Positions 34,451 to 43,407 of a stretch of DNA of 48,911 nucleotides are shown in pieces (positions within the stretch are counted from its first letter, which is position 1; each line of letters starts with the position of its first letter). The stretch is taken from the NCBI GenBank assembly GCA_964420115.1, contig CAYQQO010000001.1:5778-54688 (forward strand), written 5' to 3'. A program made the translations under genes and the position numbers. The stretch is from an uncultured Candidatus Saccharibacteria bacterium. Its GTDB lineage: Bacteria > Patescibacteriota > Minisyncoccia > Portnoybacterales > UBA2143. The notes under the pieces were generated by a model. It was not told the DNA's origin and did not search any database. It saw only the letters and a program-made list of their open reading frames with translations.

Positions 34451-36460
34451 ATGGTGACGGTTGTTTTACTCTTTATTTTTTTGTCTCTATTAATTTTTTA
34501 CGGCTGGCAGTTAGCTAAGCTTATTTTGGATGAACACAGAATTGAAGCCCTTATCCCTTTATCTGTTGTTATTGGAGCGGCAAGCTATATTTTTTTATTA
34601 AATCTTACTTCTTATTTTATTAATATTGAGGTTAATTTTTATTTAACAGCCTTGTTTTTGTTTTTTATTGGATTATTAATTTATTTGAAAACAGAAAACA
34701 AGAAGATCCCTTTAGCGTGGGGGCTAAATAAAAAGGAAACTTTTATTATTTTTGGCACAGTTCTTTTAATAATGTTTTTAAATGGATTTTTATCTCTCCG
34801 TTCTGTGGAAATTGACGAATTAGCCGGCCACCACCTGCCATTAGCAAGAACTATAGCCGAGGGCAATTTCCCGGTTAGGGGATTGAATCTTCCGCAAGAG
34901 CCAGTGGTCTATCATTACGGCTATAATCTTCTTTTAGCGGCTTTTTTTAAAATTTCTGGATTAAGTGTCTGGTTTGGTCAAGATTTCAATGTTTTTCTTT
35001 TTTCCGGAGCAACGTTTCTCTTAATTTTTGCAATAGCTAAATTCTTTATTAGTCATAATTTGAAAGCATATTTTGTAGCCTTGATAGCTTATTTTGGCGG
35101 GGGGTTTAAATTTATCCATCTTTTTGAGGGCATATCTCCTTTGTATAAAAAAATTATTTTAGGGCAGGAGGTTTCTCATCCATTTAAATTTTTATCTCTG
35201 GTTTGGGAAAGCCCTCCTCTTTCTTTGGGGCCATTGGTTAAGTATATGCAATTTTTGTGGGGCCCTTTGGGATGGGCGTTGGTTTTTTGCTTAATTTATG
35301 TAATTTTTAAATTTATCAATAATCCTAAAAACAAAACTCAATTGTCTCTTTTGATAATTGTCTTGTTGTCTTCCTTGGCTTTGCTTATTGAAAATTCTTT
35401 TTTGGTCATAGCGGCTGCTTTGTTTTTTTATCCTTTTATTGAATATCTTTTCAAGAAAAATAAAGAAGAATTTAAACAAAAATTTTATTATATATTTTGG
35501 ATATTGGTTATTTCGGGATTAATCGTTTTATTTGCTGGCGGGTCAATCTCTGGTATTTTCCAATTATTCTTTCAAGAAAAATTGCCTTTAGGCAAGCCAA
35601 TTGAATATACTTTTTTTGATTCTCCTTTCTCTTTTTACAGGGGCGGGGATTATCCTGCGGTGCCTTTTTACGGGGAAGCTTTTGTTTTTAATTGGGGCTT
35701 TCTTTATTTCCTAATTGTCCCCGCTATTATTTATCTTTTAAGAAAGCATTTTGACAAGGGATTGTTTTTAACAATAATTAGCTTTTTTTCATTTATCCCG
35801 CCTTTTTTAATGAATTTTAATAATCCTTGGCAGGATACAGTCGCCAGATTTTATTTTTTGGTCAATCCTCTGTGGGGTATTATTGTTGGTTTATTTTTGT
35901 TTTTTCTCTTTAATTATTTTAAAGATAGGAAAATATTGAAGTATTTATTGGGTTTTTTAATAGTTTTAATATTGTTAGACGGCCTTGCTTTCCAATTCAC
36001 CAGGCCTTTCTATATGTCCCGCGCTCCGGGGGTAGAAAAAGAAGGATTTATCGGCCGTCCTTTTTCTGTTAGCTCCTTGGAGTCAGGCGCTTATAAATGG
36101 GTGGATAAAAATACGAATTTTAATGATTATTTTTTGTTTTTTAAAGACGAAAGCCAGCCAATAGTGGGAGTTCAAAATTACAAATTTATTTTAGGGGCTG
36201 GGAGGTTGGCGCCTATTTATTCAGAGTGCAATAACATAGAACAATGCCCTGACCCTGATCATCCTGCTTTCTCTTTGTACCAAAAATTGATTGCTGATTG
36301 CGACAGTCAAATTTTGGAAAAATTAGAATATAACTATTTATTTGTTGATAATAATTGGCCAAAAGGGTTAGAGGAAAAATGTCTGGCTAAGAATAATTTA
36401 GAACTAAAATTTAACAAGTCAGAAAATAGCCAATTTATTAATATCTATTCAGTTAATTAA
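34451..36460 (+). CDS. Large polytopic membrane protein with a C-terminal soluble domain; putative GT-C-type glycosyl or oligosaccharyl transferase, 669 aa
   Basis: More than 12 predicted TM helices. An early extracytoplasmic loop carries the acidic motif VEIDELAGHHLPLARTIAEGNFP. It sits directly downstream of a GT2 gene. Confidence 0.4.
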   Translation: MVTVVLLFIFLSLLIFYGWQLAKLILDEHRIEALIPLSVVIGAASYIFLLNLTSYFINIEVNFYLTALFLFFIGLLIYLKTENKKIPLAWGLNKKETFIIFGTVLLIMFLNGFLSLRSVEIDELAGHHLPLARTIAEGNFPVRGLNLPQEPVVYHYGYNLLLAAFFKISGLSVWFGQDFNVFLFSGATFLLIFAIAKFFISHNLKAYFVALIAYFGGGFKFIHLFEGISPLYKKIILGQEVSHPFKFLSLVWESPPLSLGPLVKYMQFLWGPLGWALVFCLIYVIFKFINNPKNKTQLSLLIIVLLSSLALLIENSFLVIAAALFFYPFIEYLFKKNKEEFKQKFYYIFWILVISGLIVLFAGGSISGIFQLFFQEKLPLGKPIEYTFFDSPFSFYRGGDYPAVPFYGEAFVFNWGFLYFLIVPAIIYLLRKHFDKGLFLTIISFFSFIPPFLMNFNNPWQDTVARFYFLVNPLWGIIVGLFLFFLFNYFKDRKILKYLLGFLIVLILLDGLAFQFTRPFYMSRAPGVEKEGFIGRPFSVSSLESGAYKWVDKNTNFNDYFLFFKDESQPIVGVQNYKFILGAGRLAPIYSECNNIEQCPDPDHPAFSLYQKLIADCDSQILEKLEYNYLFVDNNWPKGLEEKCLAKNNLELKFNKSENSQFINIYSVN

Positions 36461-36462
36461 TT

Positions 36463-37569
36463 ATGCGCGTTTCTTTTTTTGTTAATCAATTGTCATCAAA
36501 AGACGGCTGGGGGAGATATTCTGTTAACCTAATAAAACAGGCGATATCTTCTGGTGTTGATTGTCATGTTTTAGCATCGGTTGATGCTAAAAAGGGGGAG
36601 TTGTCTGATGTTAGAGTTGATAAAGTTTTACCTCCTTTGTTTGCTAAAAGATCGGTTAAGCTTTTTCAATTAGGCCAAAGTTATTCCCAGATTAAAAGCT
36701 TAATAAAAAAAGCTGATATCTTGCATTGCTTAACAGAGCCCTATGCTCCGGTGGTTCATTTAGTAAAAGGGCAAAAACCGATGCTTGTGACGCTTCACGG
36801 CACTTATGCCATCAGTCCTTTCGGCAAAAAAATATTAAGGAATGTTTACTCAAAAGTTTACAGCGGTGCCGATAAATTAATTTGCGTTAGTGATTATACC
36901 AAACGCCAAATATTAAAAAAAATTAATTCTAAAAATATTATAGTTATTAATAACGGAGTTGATTGCAGTAAGTTCCAAAGAGAAAATTCCTTTGACCAAA
37001 TTCCCAAAAAGAGTCATATTATAGGTGTGGGAGCGCTGACTCCGCGAAAGGGGTATCATGTTGCTCTTTCAGCTCTTGCTATTGTTAAAAAGAAATATCC
37101 GGCAGTTAAATATTTAATAGTGGGCAGTCAAAAAAACGGTTCTTATTACCAGAAACTAAGAGAAATTATCAAAAAACATAAACTGGAGAATAATGTGGGT
37201 TTTTTGGAGGGGATTTCTGATAAAGAATTAATTGATTTATATTATCGCTCTAAATTGTTTTTATTAACGCCAACAAATGTTGGTGATAGTTTTGAGGGAT
37301 TTGGCTTTGTTTATTTAGAGGCCAATGCTTGCGGCAAGGCAGTTGTCGGCAGTAATAACTGCGGGGCAGAAGGGGCGATTAAAAATAACTATAACGGCCT
37401 TTTGGTTCCCCAAGATAATATACAAAAAACTGCCGAAGCTGTTTTAAAAATTTTAGACAACCCCGGCTTGGCCGCCCAAATGGGCGAGAATGGGAAAGCT
37501 TGGGCTAAAAATCATGATTGGAAACAAGTTTTTTCAAAATATTTAGATGTTTACAAGGAATTAATATGA
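36463..37569 (+). CDS. GT4-family glycosyltransferase, 368 aa
   Basis: FEGFGFVYLEANACGKAVVGSNNCGAEGAI, and GALTPRKGYH. Confidence 0.8.
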   Translation: MRVSFFVNQLSSKDGWGRYSVNLIKQAISSGVDCHVLASVDAKKGELSDVRVDKVLPPLFAKRSVKLFQLGQSYSQIKSLIKKADILHCLTEPYAPVVHLVKGQKPMLVTLHGTYAISPFGKKILRNVYSKVYSGADKLICVSDYTKRQILKKINSKNIIVINNGVDCSKFQRENSFDQIPKKSHIIGVGALTPRKGYHVALSALAIVKKKYPAVKYLIVGSQKNGSYYQKLREIIKKHKLENNVGFLEGISDKELIDLYYRSKLFLLTPTNVGDSFEGFGFVYLEANACGKAVVGSNNCGAEGAIKNNYNGLLVPQDNIQKTAEAVLKILDNPGLAAQMGENGKAWAKNHDWKQVFSKYLDVYKELI

Positions 37570-38507
37570 AATTATCAATTATTTTGCCAATTTACAATGA
37601 AAAAGAGAGTATTGAAGAGTTATATAAAGAGCTTATTGGTGTTTTGAATAAGCTTTCTTTGGATTATGAAATTATTGCCATAAATGATGGTTCTTCTGAT
37701 GGAAGCTGGCAAATAATGGAAAAGATTGCTAAAGAAGATAAAAATTTTAAGGCAATCAATTTTAGAAGAAACTTTGGCCAAACAGCGGCTATTTCAGCCG
37801 GGATTGATTTGTCAGCTGGCGATATTATTATCCCAATGGATGCTGACCTGCAGAATGACCCTAAAGATATACCTCTTTTTTTGGAAAATATAAACAAGGA
37901 TTTGGATGTGGTTTCTGGCTGGCGCAAAGAGAGACGCGATAAAATGATTTCCAGAATAATGCCTTCCTATATTGCTAATTATTTTATTTCTTTTATTACT
38001 AAAGTTAAGCTCCACGACTATGGTTGCACAATGAAGGCCTATCGCAGAGAATTTGTTAAAAGTGTCAGGTTTTATGGAGAAATGCATCGTTTTATCCCGG
38101 CTTATGCCGCTTGGCAGGGAGCCAAGGTTGGCGAGATAGTTGTTAACCACAGACCGAGAAAGTACGGAAAAACAAAATATGGTATTTCCAGAACTCCTCG
38201 GGTGATTTTAGATCTTTTGACAGTAAAGTTTTTGACCAATTTTTTAACAAAACCAATGCATTTTTTTGGCAAAATTGGCTACTGGTCTCTTTTTTTGGGG
38301 TTTTTATCCGGGTTGTTGGCTGCAGTTTTGAGATTGTTTTTTAGTATTTCTTTTATCTTAACCCCTCTGCCTCTTTTGACCGTTTTTCTTATCCTTGTCG
38401 GCTTGCAGTTTATTTTGATGGGGTTGTTAGCCGAGATAATTATTAGGATTTATTATGAGCCAGAAAAGAAATTTATTTATTCGGTTAGAGAAAAGATTAA
38501 TTTATAA
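37566..38507 (+). CDS. Polyprenyl-phosphate glycosyltransferase (GT2, ArnC/GtrB/DPM1-like) with C-terminal TM helices, 313 aa
   Basis: Start at ATG 37566, forming an ATGA junction. LSIILPIYNEKESI, INDGSSDGS and PMDADLQNDP. Two C-terminal TM helices. Confidence 0.8.
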   Translation: MKLSIILPIYNEKESIEELYKELIGVLNKLSLDYEIIAINDGSSDGSWQIMEKIAKEDKNFKAINFRRNFGQTAAISAGIDLSAGDIIIPMDADLQNDPKDIPLFLENINKDLDVVSGWRKERRDKMISRIMPSYIANYFISFITKVKLHDYGCTMKAYRREFVKSVRFYGEMHRFIPAYAAWQGAKVGEIVVNHRPRKYGKTKYGISRTPRVILDLLTVKFLTNFLTKPMHFFGKIGYWSLFLGFLSGLLAAVLRLFFSISFILTPLPLLTVFLILVGLQFILMGLLAEIIIRIYYEPEKKFIYSVREKINL

Positions 38508-38546
38508 TTTTGCTTTAGTTCTTTTGCAAAGGCAAGATTAAATTTT

Positions 38547-40400
38547 ATGTGCGGTATTGTTGGTTTTTATGGCCAAGGAGACAAACAGATTTTAGAAAAA
38601 ATGGCCAAGTCGTTGGACTATCGCGGCCCTGATGACGAGGGCTTTTTTATTGATAATACAGTTGGCTTGGGGCATCAAAGATTGACTATTATTGATTTGT
38701 CTTCTTCTGGCAGGCAGCCAATGGCAAACGAAGACGGTAAAATACAACTTGTTTTTAACGGTGAAATATACAACTATAAAGAATTAAAAAAGGATTTGAC
38801 TAAAAAGGGGCATTCTTTTAAAAGCCAGACTGACAGCGAGGTGGTTGTCCATCAGTACGAAGAAGACGGGCTTAAATGTTTTTCTAAGTTAAATGGCATG
38901 TTTGCTTTAGCAATTTGGGATAGCAGGGAAAAGAAATTGATTTTATCCCGGGATCGCTATGGCCAAAAGCCGCTCTACTGGACGGAAAATAAAAATAGCC
39001 TAATTTTTTCTTCTGAATTAAAAGCTTTGTTTTTTCATCCGTTGGTTAAAAAAGAAATAGATCCTTTGGCTTGCTTTCAATATTTTTCATTTGATTATGT
39101 TCCTCAACCAAGAACAATTTTTAAAAATATTAATAAATTAGAAAATGGACAAATTTTAGTTTTTCATCAAGAAAAAGTTGAATTAGAAAAATATTACCAA
39201 TTTAATCTTGAAGAATCAGATACTAATTTTAATTCTGCTCTGAACGAATTTGAAAAAATAATTGCTGATTCAGTTAAAAAACGCTTAATAGCTGACGTGC
39301 CGGTAGGGGTATTTTTGTCTGGCGGGATTGATTCTTCAACTGTTGCCTATTTTGCCAAAAAACAAAAAAAAGAGATTGAGACATTTTCTATTGGTTTTTC
39401 TCAAAAAAGTTTTGATGAATCTTATTACGCGCTAAAGGCGGCAAATTTTTTAAAAACCAAACATTATCATTATAAATTCCAGCCGGACGATTTAATAAAA
39501 GTTATTCCTGAAATTATTGATAAACTGGACGAACCCTTTGGCGATTCTTCTATATTGCCGACATATCTTTTGTCTGGCTTTACTTGTAAAAAAGTTAAGG
39601 TAGCTTTGGCTGGCGATGGCGGCGACGAGCTTTTAATGGGCTATCCCAACCACCAAGTCCAAAAAATTATATCTCTTTTTAGGCTGGATAAGTTTAAGAC
39701 AAATATTAATATAGCCGAAGTTTTAGAAAATATTTTGCCTGTTTCCAGTAAAAATTTAACTCTTTTTTATAAGGCGAAAAGATACAGTCACAGCTTAGCT
39801 TTTAACGGTTTGTGGCGTGATTTTTTAAGTATTGGAGGTTATTTGAATAATATAGACGGCTTATTTAATTTTAAAATAGATAAAAGTGAGTTGTTTAACT
39901 TTTCTAATAATTTTTTAGAGGATTTTCAAGATGCCTCCTATCTTAAAAAAATTAATCTGCTTTTACTTAAATATTATTTAACAGATAATATTCTTTTTAA
40001 GGCTGATCGGGCCAGTATGTATCATGGCTTAGAAGTGCGGGCGCCTTTTTTAGATTATCGTTTAGCTGATTTTTCAAATTCGCTTCCTTTACATTGGAAG
40101 CTGAAAGGACTTAAAAGTAAATATATTTTAAAATGTTTAATGAAAGATAAACTGCCTAAAGAAATTGTTTATCGCAAGAAGAAAGGCTTTGGCGTTCCTT
40201 TAACCCTATGGTTTAGAAAAGAATTAAAGAATTTTTTAATTGATAATTTAAGTAAAAAAGAAATAAATAAATTCGGCCTGATAAATTATCAAGAAACAAA
40301 AAAATTAATTAATCAGCATTTAAAAAAAGAAAGAGACAACAGAAAAGTGCTTTGGAATTTAATTATTTTCCAAAATTGGTTAAAAAGATACTATGTCTGA
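38547..40400 (+). CDS. asnB: Asparagine synthase family glutamine amidotransferase, 617 aa
   Basis: MCGIVGF N-terminus. PP-loop VFLSGGIDSST. Confidence 0.85.
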   Translation: MCGIVGFYGQGDKQILEKMAKSLDYRGPDDEGFFIDNTVGLGHQRLTIIDLSSSGRQPMANEDGKIQLVFNGEIYNYKELKKDLTKKGHSFKSQTDSEVVVHQYEEDGLKCFSKLNGMFALAIWDSREKKLILSRDRYGQKPLYWTENKNSLIFSSELKALFFHPLVKKEIDPLACFQYFSFDYVPQPRTIFKNINKLENGQILVFHQEKVELEKYYQFNLEESDTNFNSALNEFEKIIADSVKKRLIADVPVGVFLSGGIDSSTVAYFAKKQKKEIETFSIGFSQKSFDESYYALKAANFLKTKHYHYKFQPDDLIKVIPEIIDKLDEPFGDSSILPTYLLSGFTCKKVKVALAGDGGDELLMGYPNHQVQKIISLFRLDKFKTNINIAEVLENILPVSSKNLTLFYKAKRYSHSLAFNGLWRDFLSIGGYLNNIDGLFNFKIDKSELFNFSNNFLEDFQDASYLKKINLLLLKYYLTDNILFKADRASMYHGLEVRAPFLDYRLADFSNSLPLHWKLKGLKSKYILKCLMKDKLPKEIVYRKKKGFGVPLTLWFRKELKNFLIDNLSKKEINKFGLINYQETKKLINQHLKKERDNRKVLWNLIIFQNWLKRYYV

Positions 40401-41085
40401 TAAAAATAATAATTTTGAGGCCTGGAATGAAGAAATGGCCAAAAAATATAATCCTGACAAATACCACAGGAGCGCTAATTTAATTGTTCGTTTTATTGAA
40501 AAAAAAAGAACGAAGTGGATTATAAAATTCTTAAATTTTAGAAAAGATGATTTAGTAATTGAGCTTGGTTGTGGAGCTGGCAATATTATGGAAGAAATTG
40601 GTTCTGTTAAAGAATTATGGGGGGTTGATCTATCTGATTATTTGTTAGAAATAGCTGGGGAAAAAAGTTATCAATCTTCGGTTAAATTTATAAAGGGAGA
40701 CATAGAAAATTTGCCAGAGAGCGTTGCAGAAAATAAGTTTGATAAAATTTATTGCAGCGAGGTTTTAGAACATGTTCAAAATCCTCCAAAAGCTCTTTTG
40801 GAAATTAAAAAAATTACTAAAAAAAACAGCATTATTGTTGTTTCTGTTCCCAATGAAGAATTGATTAATAAAATAAAAAGAGGACTGCAGAAAATAAAGA
40901 TATTTAATTTGTTGTTCCCCGGCTTATCAAAAAAGATGGATGATGAATGGCATTTGCACAGTTTTGATTTAAGAAAGCTTTCTCATTTAACTGAAGATAA
41001 ATTTATAACTGAAAAAGTTAAGGGAATCCCCTATAATTGGCTGCCAATAAGATATATCGTTAAATTAAGAGTCAAAAATGATTAA
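40393..41085 (+). CDS. Class I SAM-dependent methyltransferase, 230 aa
   Basis: VIELGCGAGN (motif I). IYCSEVLEHVQNP...SIIVVSVPN. Confidence 0.8.
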   Translation: MSDKNNNFEAWNEEMAKKYNPDKYHRSANLIVRFIEKKRTKWIIKFLNFRKDDLVIELGCGAGNIMEEIGSVKELWGVDLSDYLLEIAGEKSYQSSVKFIKGDIENLPESVAENKFDKIYCSEVLEHVQNPPKALLEIKKITKKNSIIVVSVPNEELINKIKRGLQKIKIFNLLFPGLSKKMDDEWHLHSFDLRKLSHLTEDKFITEKVKGIPYNWLPIRYIVKLRVKND

Positions 41086-41938
41086 TCAGAAATTATACTC
41101 CAACTTAATTTGTCTTGATTGTGGTGGCGCTTTAAAAATGGTTAAGGACATCAAGTTAGTCTGTGGGGAGTGTTCGAGAAGTTATCCGATAAAGAACGGC
41201 GCGCCATATATAGTTGATAAGCAAGGTAGAGGGTATTACAAATCAAACCCTGATAGTTTTATTAATCAATTAAAAGTATTGTTTAAAAAATATCCCTTTC
41301 TTTTTTCCTTTTTTTATTATGCCTTTGGCTCTTCTTTTGTTGGTAAAAGCGCGAAAGAGGCGGTTGATAAATTGGGGGATGAAAAGCTAATTATTAATTT
41401 AGGTTCTGGTATTAAAAAAATTAGAGATGGTGTTATTAATGTTGATTTTTATCCTTTTAAGCAAGTTGGTTTGGTTGCTGATATTAGCCGCCTGCCCTTA
41501 AAAAATAATTCGGTTGATGCAGTTATCAATGAATTTGTTTTAGAGCACGTCAAAGATCCTAAAAAAATAGTTGATGAAATTTACAGAGTTTTAAAGCCAA
41601 AAGGAGTTGTTTATGTCTGCGTTCCCTTTGTGGCCAGTTTTCATTCTTCGCCGGATGATTATTATCGCTGGTCAAAAGAGGGTCTGCGCCAGTTAATGTC
41701 TGATTTTGAAGAAAAAGATTTTGGTGTTCGTTGCGGGCCGACTTCGGCTCTTTTGTCAGTTTTAAACGAATGGTTAGCAATAATATTTAGTTTTGGTTCC
41801 CGGAAACTGGAACAAATATTATTAATAGGGTTAATGGTGATAACAAGCCCGGTTAAATTATTTGATTATCTAATTTATAAGCTTCCTAACGCAGAAAATA
41901 TTGCCTATGGCTTTTATTATATTGGCAGAAAAAAATAA
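41078..41938 (+). CDS. SAM-dependent methyltransferase with an N-terminal Trm112-like zinc ribbon, 286 aa
   Basis: CLDCGGAL...CGECSRSYPIKNGAPYIV, then INLGSG and NEFVLEHVKDPKKIVDEIYRVLKPKGVVYV. Confidence 0.75.
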   Translation: MINQKLYSNLICLDCGGALKMVKDIKLVCGECSRSYPIKNGAPYIVDKQGRGYYKSNPDSFINQLKVLFKKYPFLFSFFYYAFGSSFVGKSAKEAVDKLGDEKLIINLGSGIKKIRDGVINVDFYPFKQVGLVADISRLPLKNNSVDAVINEFVLEHVKDPKKIVDEIYRVLKPKGVVYVCVPFVASFHSSPDDYYRWSKEGLRQLMSDFEEKDFGVRCGPTSALLSVLNEWLAIIFSFGSRKLEQILLIGLMVITSPVKLFDYLIYKLPNAENIAYGFYYIGRKK

Positions 41939-43353
41939 TGAAAATATTACTTCTTACTCCACCATTTGATTTAATGAAAAAAGGTTATGGCTCAAAAAGA
42001 AAAGTAAGAGCCGGCTTTTTCCCGCCTTTGGCTTTGGGTTACTTAGCCGCTCCTTTGGTCAAAAAAGGATATGTGGTAAAAATTATTGATTCTGCTCCGA
42101 TGAATTACCAGAATTCAGATATATTAGAAGAGGTTAAACAATTTGCGCCGGATTTAATCGGCTTATCGACGGTTACTGCCGATGCTGAAGAAGCGTATAG
42201 TTTAATTAATAATTTAAAAGATAACTATCCGCAAATTCCTGTTGTTTTTGGCGGGCCGCACGCTAATTGTTTTCCGGAATTGGTTTTTAAAAATGCGCCA
42301 AAATTAGAGGTGCTTGTTCATGGCGAAGGCGAAAAAATATTTGAGGAGATCGTTGATTATTATAGGCAGACTGGGGGAATGCCCAAGAATGTTTTAGGTA
42401 CTTGGGTTAATTTGACTGGCGGGAGTGTTAAAAAAAACCAGCCCGCTCAGCCAATAATGGATTTGGATAAAATTTTGCCGCCCACTCACCAACTTTATAA
42501 TTACAAACTGTATCGCCCTTTGCCTTTGCAATATAAAAGATTGCCAGTGGCAAATTTGATTACTTCTCGGGGGTGCCCCTATGGACGTTGTACTTTCTGC
42601 TTTGAATCAGGCCGCGCCTCTCAAAGGTATCGCCGTCATTCTCCAAAAAGGATGATTGAAGAAATAAAGTTTTTAATCAAAACTCACAATATTAGAGAAG
42701 TGGCTTTTTGGGATGATAACTTTTTGATAAATGAGAACTGGACTAGTGATTTCTGCAATCTATTAGACAAAGAAGGAGTCAAAATCCCATGGAGCGCTTG
42801 CGCCCGGGTTAATACAGTCACTGAAAAAATGCTTAAAAGGGCATCTCGTTCGGGTTTGTGGAATATTTTTTATGGAGTGGAAAGCGGCAATCAGGATTTA
42901 TTAGAAAGAATAAAAAAGGGAATTACCTTAGAGCAGGTTGAAAAAGCGGTTGGTTGGGCCAATAAACATAATATTGATACGCGCGGCTCCTTTATGTTGG
43001 CTTTGCCGGGAGAAACTCCTCAAAAGGCGAAAAAAACAATTGATTTTGCTTGTCAAATTGAGTTAACTTATGCTCAATTCTTGCCGACTCATCCAGAATG
43101 GGGAACGGAATTGTATGACGACGCTGTCTTAAGCGGGCGGGTGGTGCCGATGTACCAAGGGAGAACTACGCCGACGTATGTTCCCGACGGCTATAGAGAC
43201 GAAGAAGAAGTCAGGAGAATGCTTAAATTGGCTTATAGAAAATTTTATTTCAGACCGAGCTACATTATAAAGCATATTAAGCGCTTAAAGGATATTGATA
43301 AAATTAAGCAATATTTTGACGCTTTAATGTATATTATTGGAGTAAGCACTTAA
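41938..43353 (+). CDS. Cobalamin-binding (class B) radical SAM enzyme, 471 aa
   Basis: LIGLSTVTADAEE...PVVFGGPHA. The cluster motif SRGCPYGRCTFC is CX4CX2C, not CX3CX2C. Confidence 0.75.
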   Translation: MKILLLTPPFDLMKKGYGSKRKVRAGFFPPLALGYLAAPLVKKGYVVKIIDSAPMNYQNSDILEEVKQFAPDLIGLSTVTADAEEAYSLINNLKDNYPQIPVVFGGPHANCFPELVFKNAPKLEVLVHGEGEKIFEEIVDYYRQTGGMPKNVLGTWVNLTGGSVKKNQPAQPIMDLDKILPPTHQLYNYKLYRPLPLQYKRLPVANLITSRGCPYGRCTFCFESGRASQRYRRHSPKRMIEEIKFLIKTHNIREVAFWDDNFLINENWTSDFCNLLDKEGVKIPWSACARVNTVTEKMLKRASRSGLWNIFYGVESGNQDLLERIKKGITLEQVEKAVGWANKHNIDTRGSFMLALPGETPQKAKKTIDFACQIELTYAQFLPTHPEWGTELYDDAVLSGRVVPMYQGRTTPTYVPDGYRDEEEVRRMLKLAYRKFYFRPSYIIKHIKRLKDIDKIKQYFDALMYIIGVST

Positions 43354-43363
43354 TGGGGTTCGT

Positions 43364-43383
43364 GCCAGCCTCTAGCGGCTGGC
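43364..43383 (+). other. GC-rich hairpin without a T-tract
   Basis: GCCAGCC-TCTAGC-GGCTGGC, starting 11 nt after the radical SAM stop codon. Confidence 0.3.
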
Positions 43384-43407
43384 CTTGGGATGCATTAAGA
43401 CTTGACT

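Noticed and set aside
13853-40400. The AsnB homologues as lasso-peptide cyclases, or the cluster as a RiPP locus
   Set aside because: All three retain the glutaminase Cys nucleophile and full length. There is no transglutaminase-like leader protease, RRE or precursor gene, and the surrounding context is overwhelmingly sugar metabolism. A peptide role for the SPASM enzymes cannot be fully excluded without searches.
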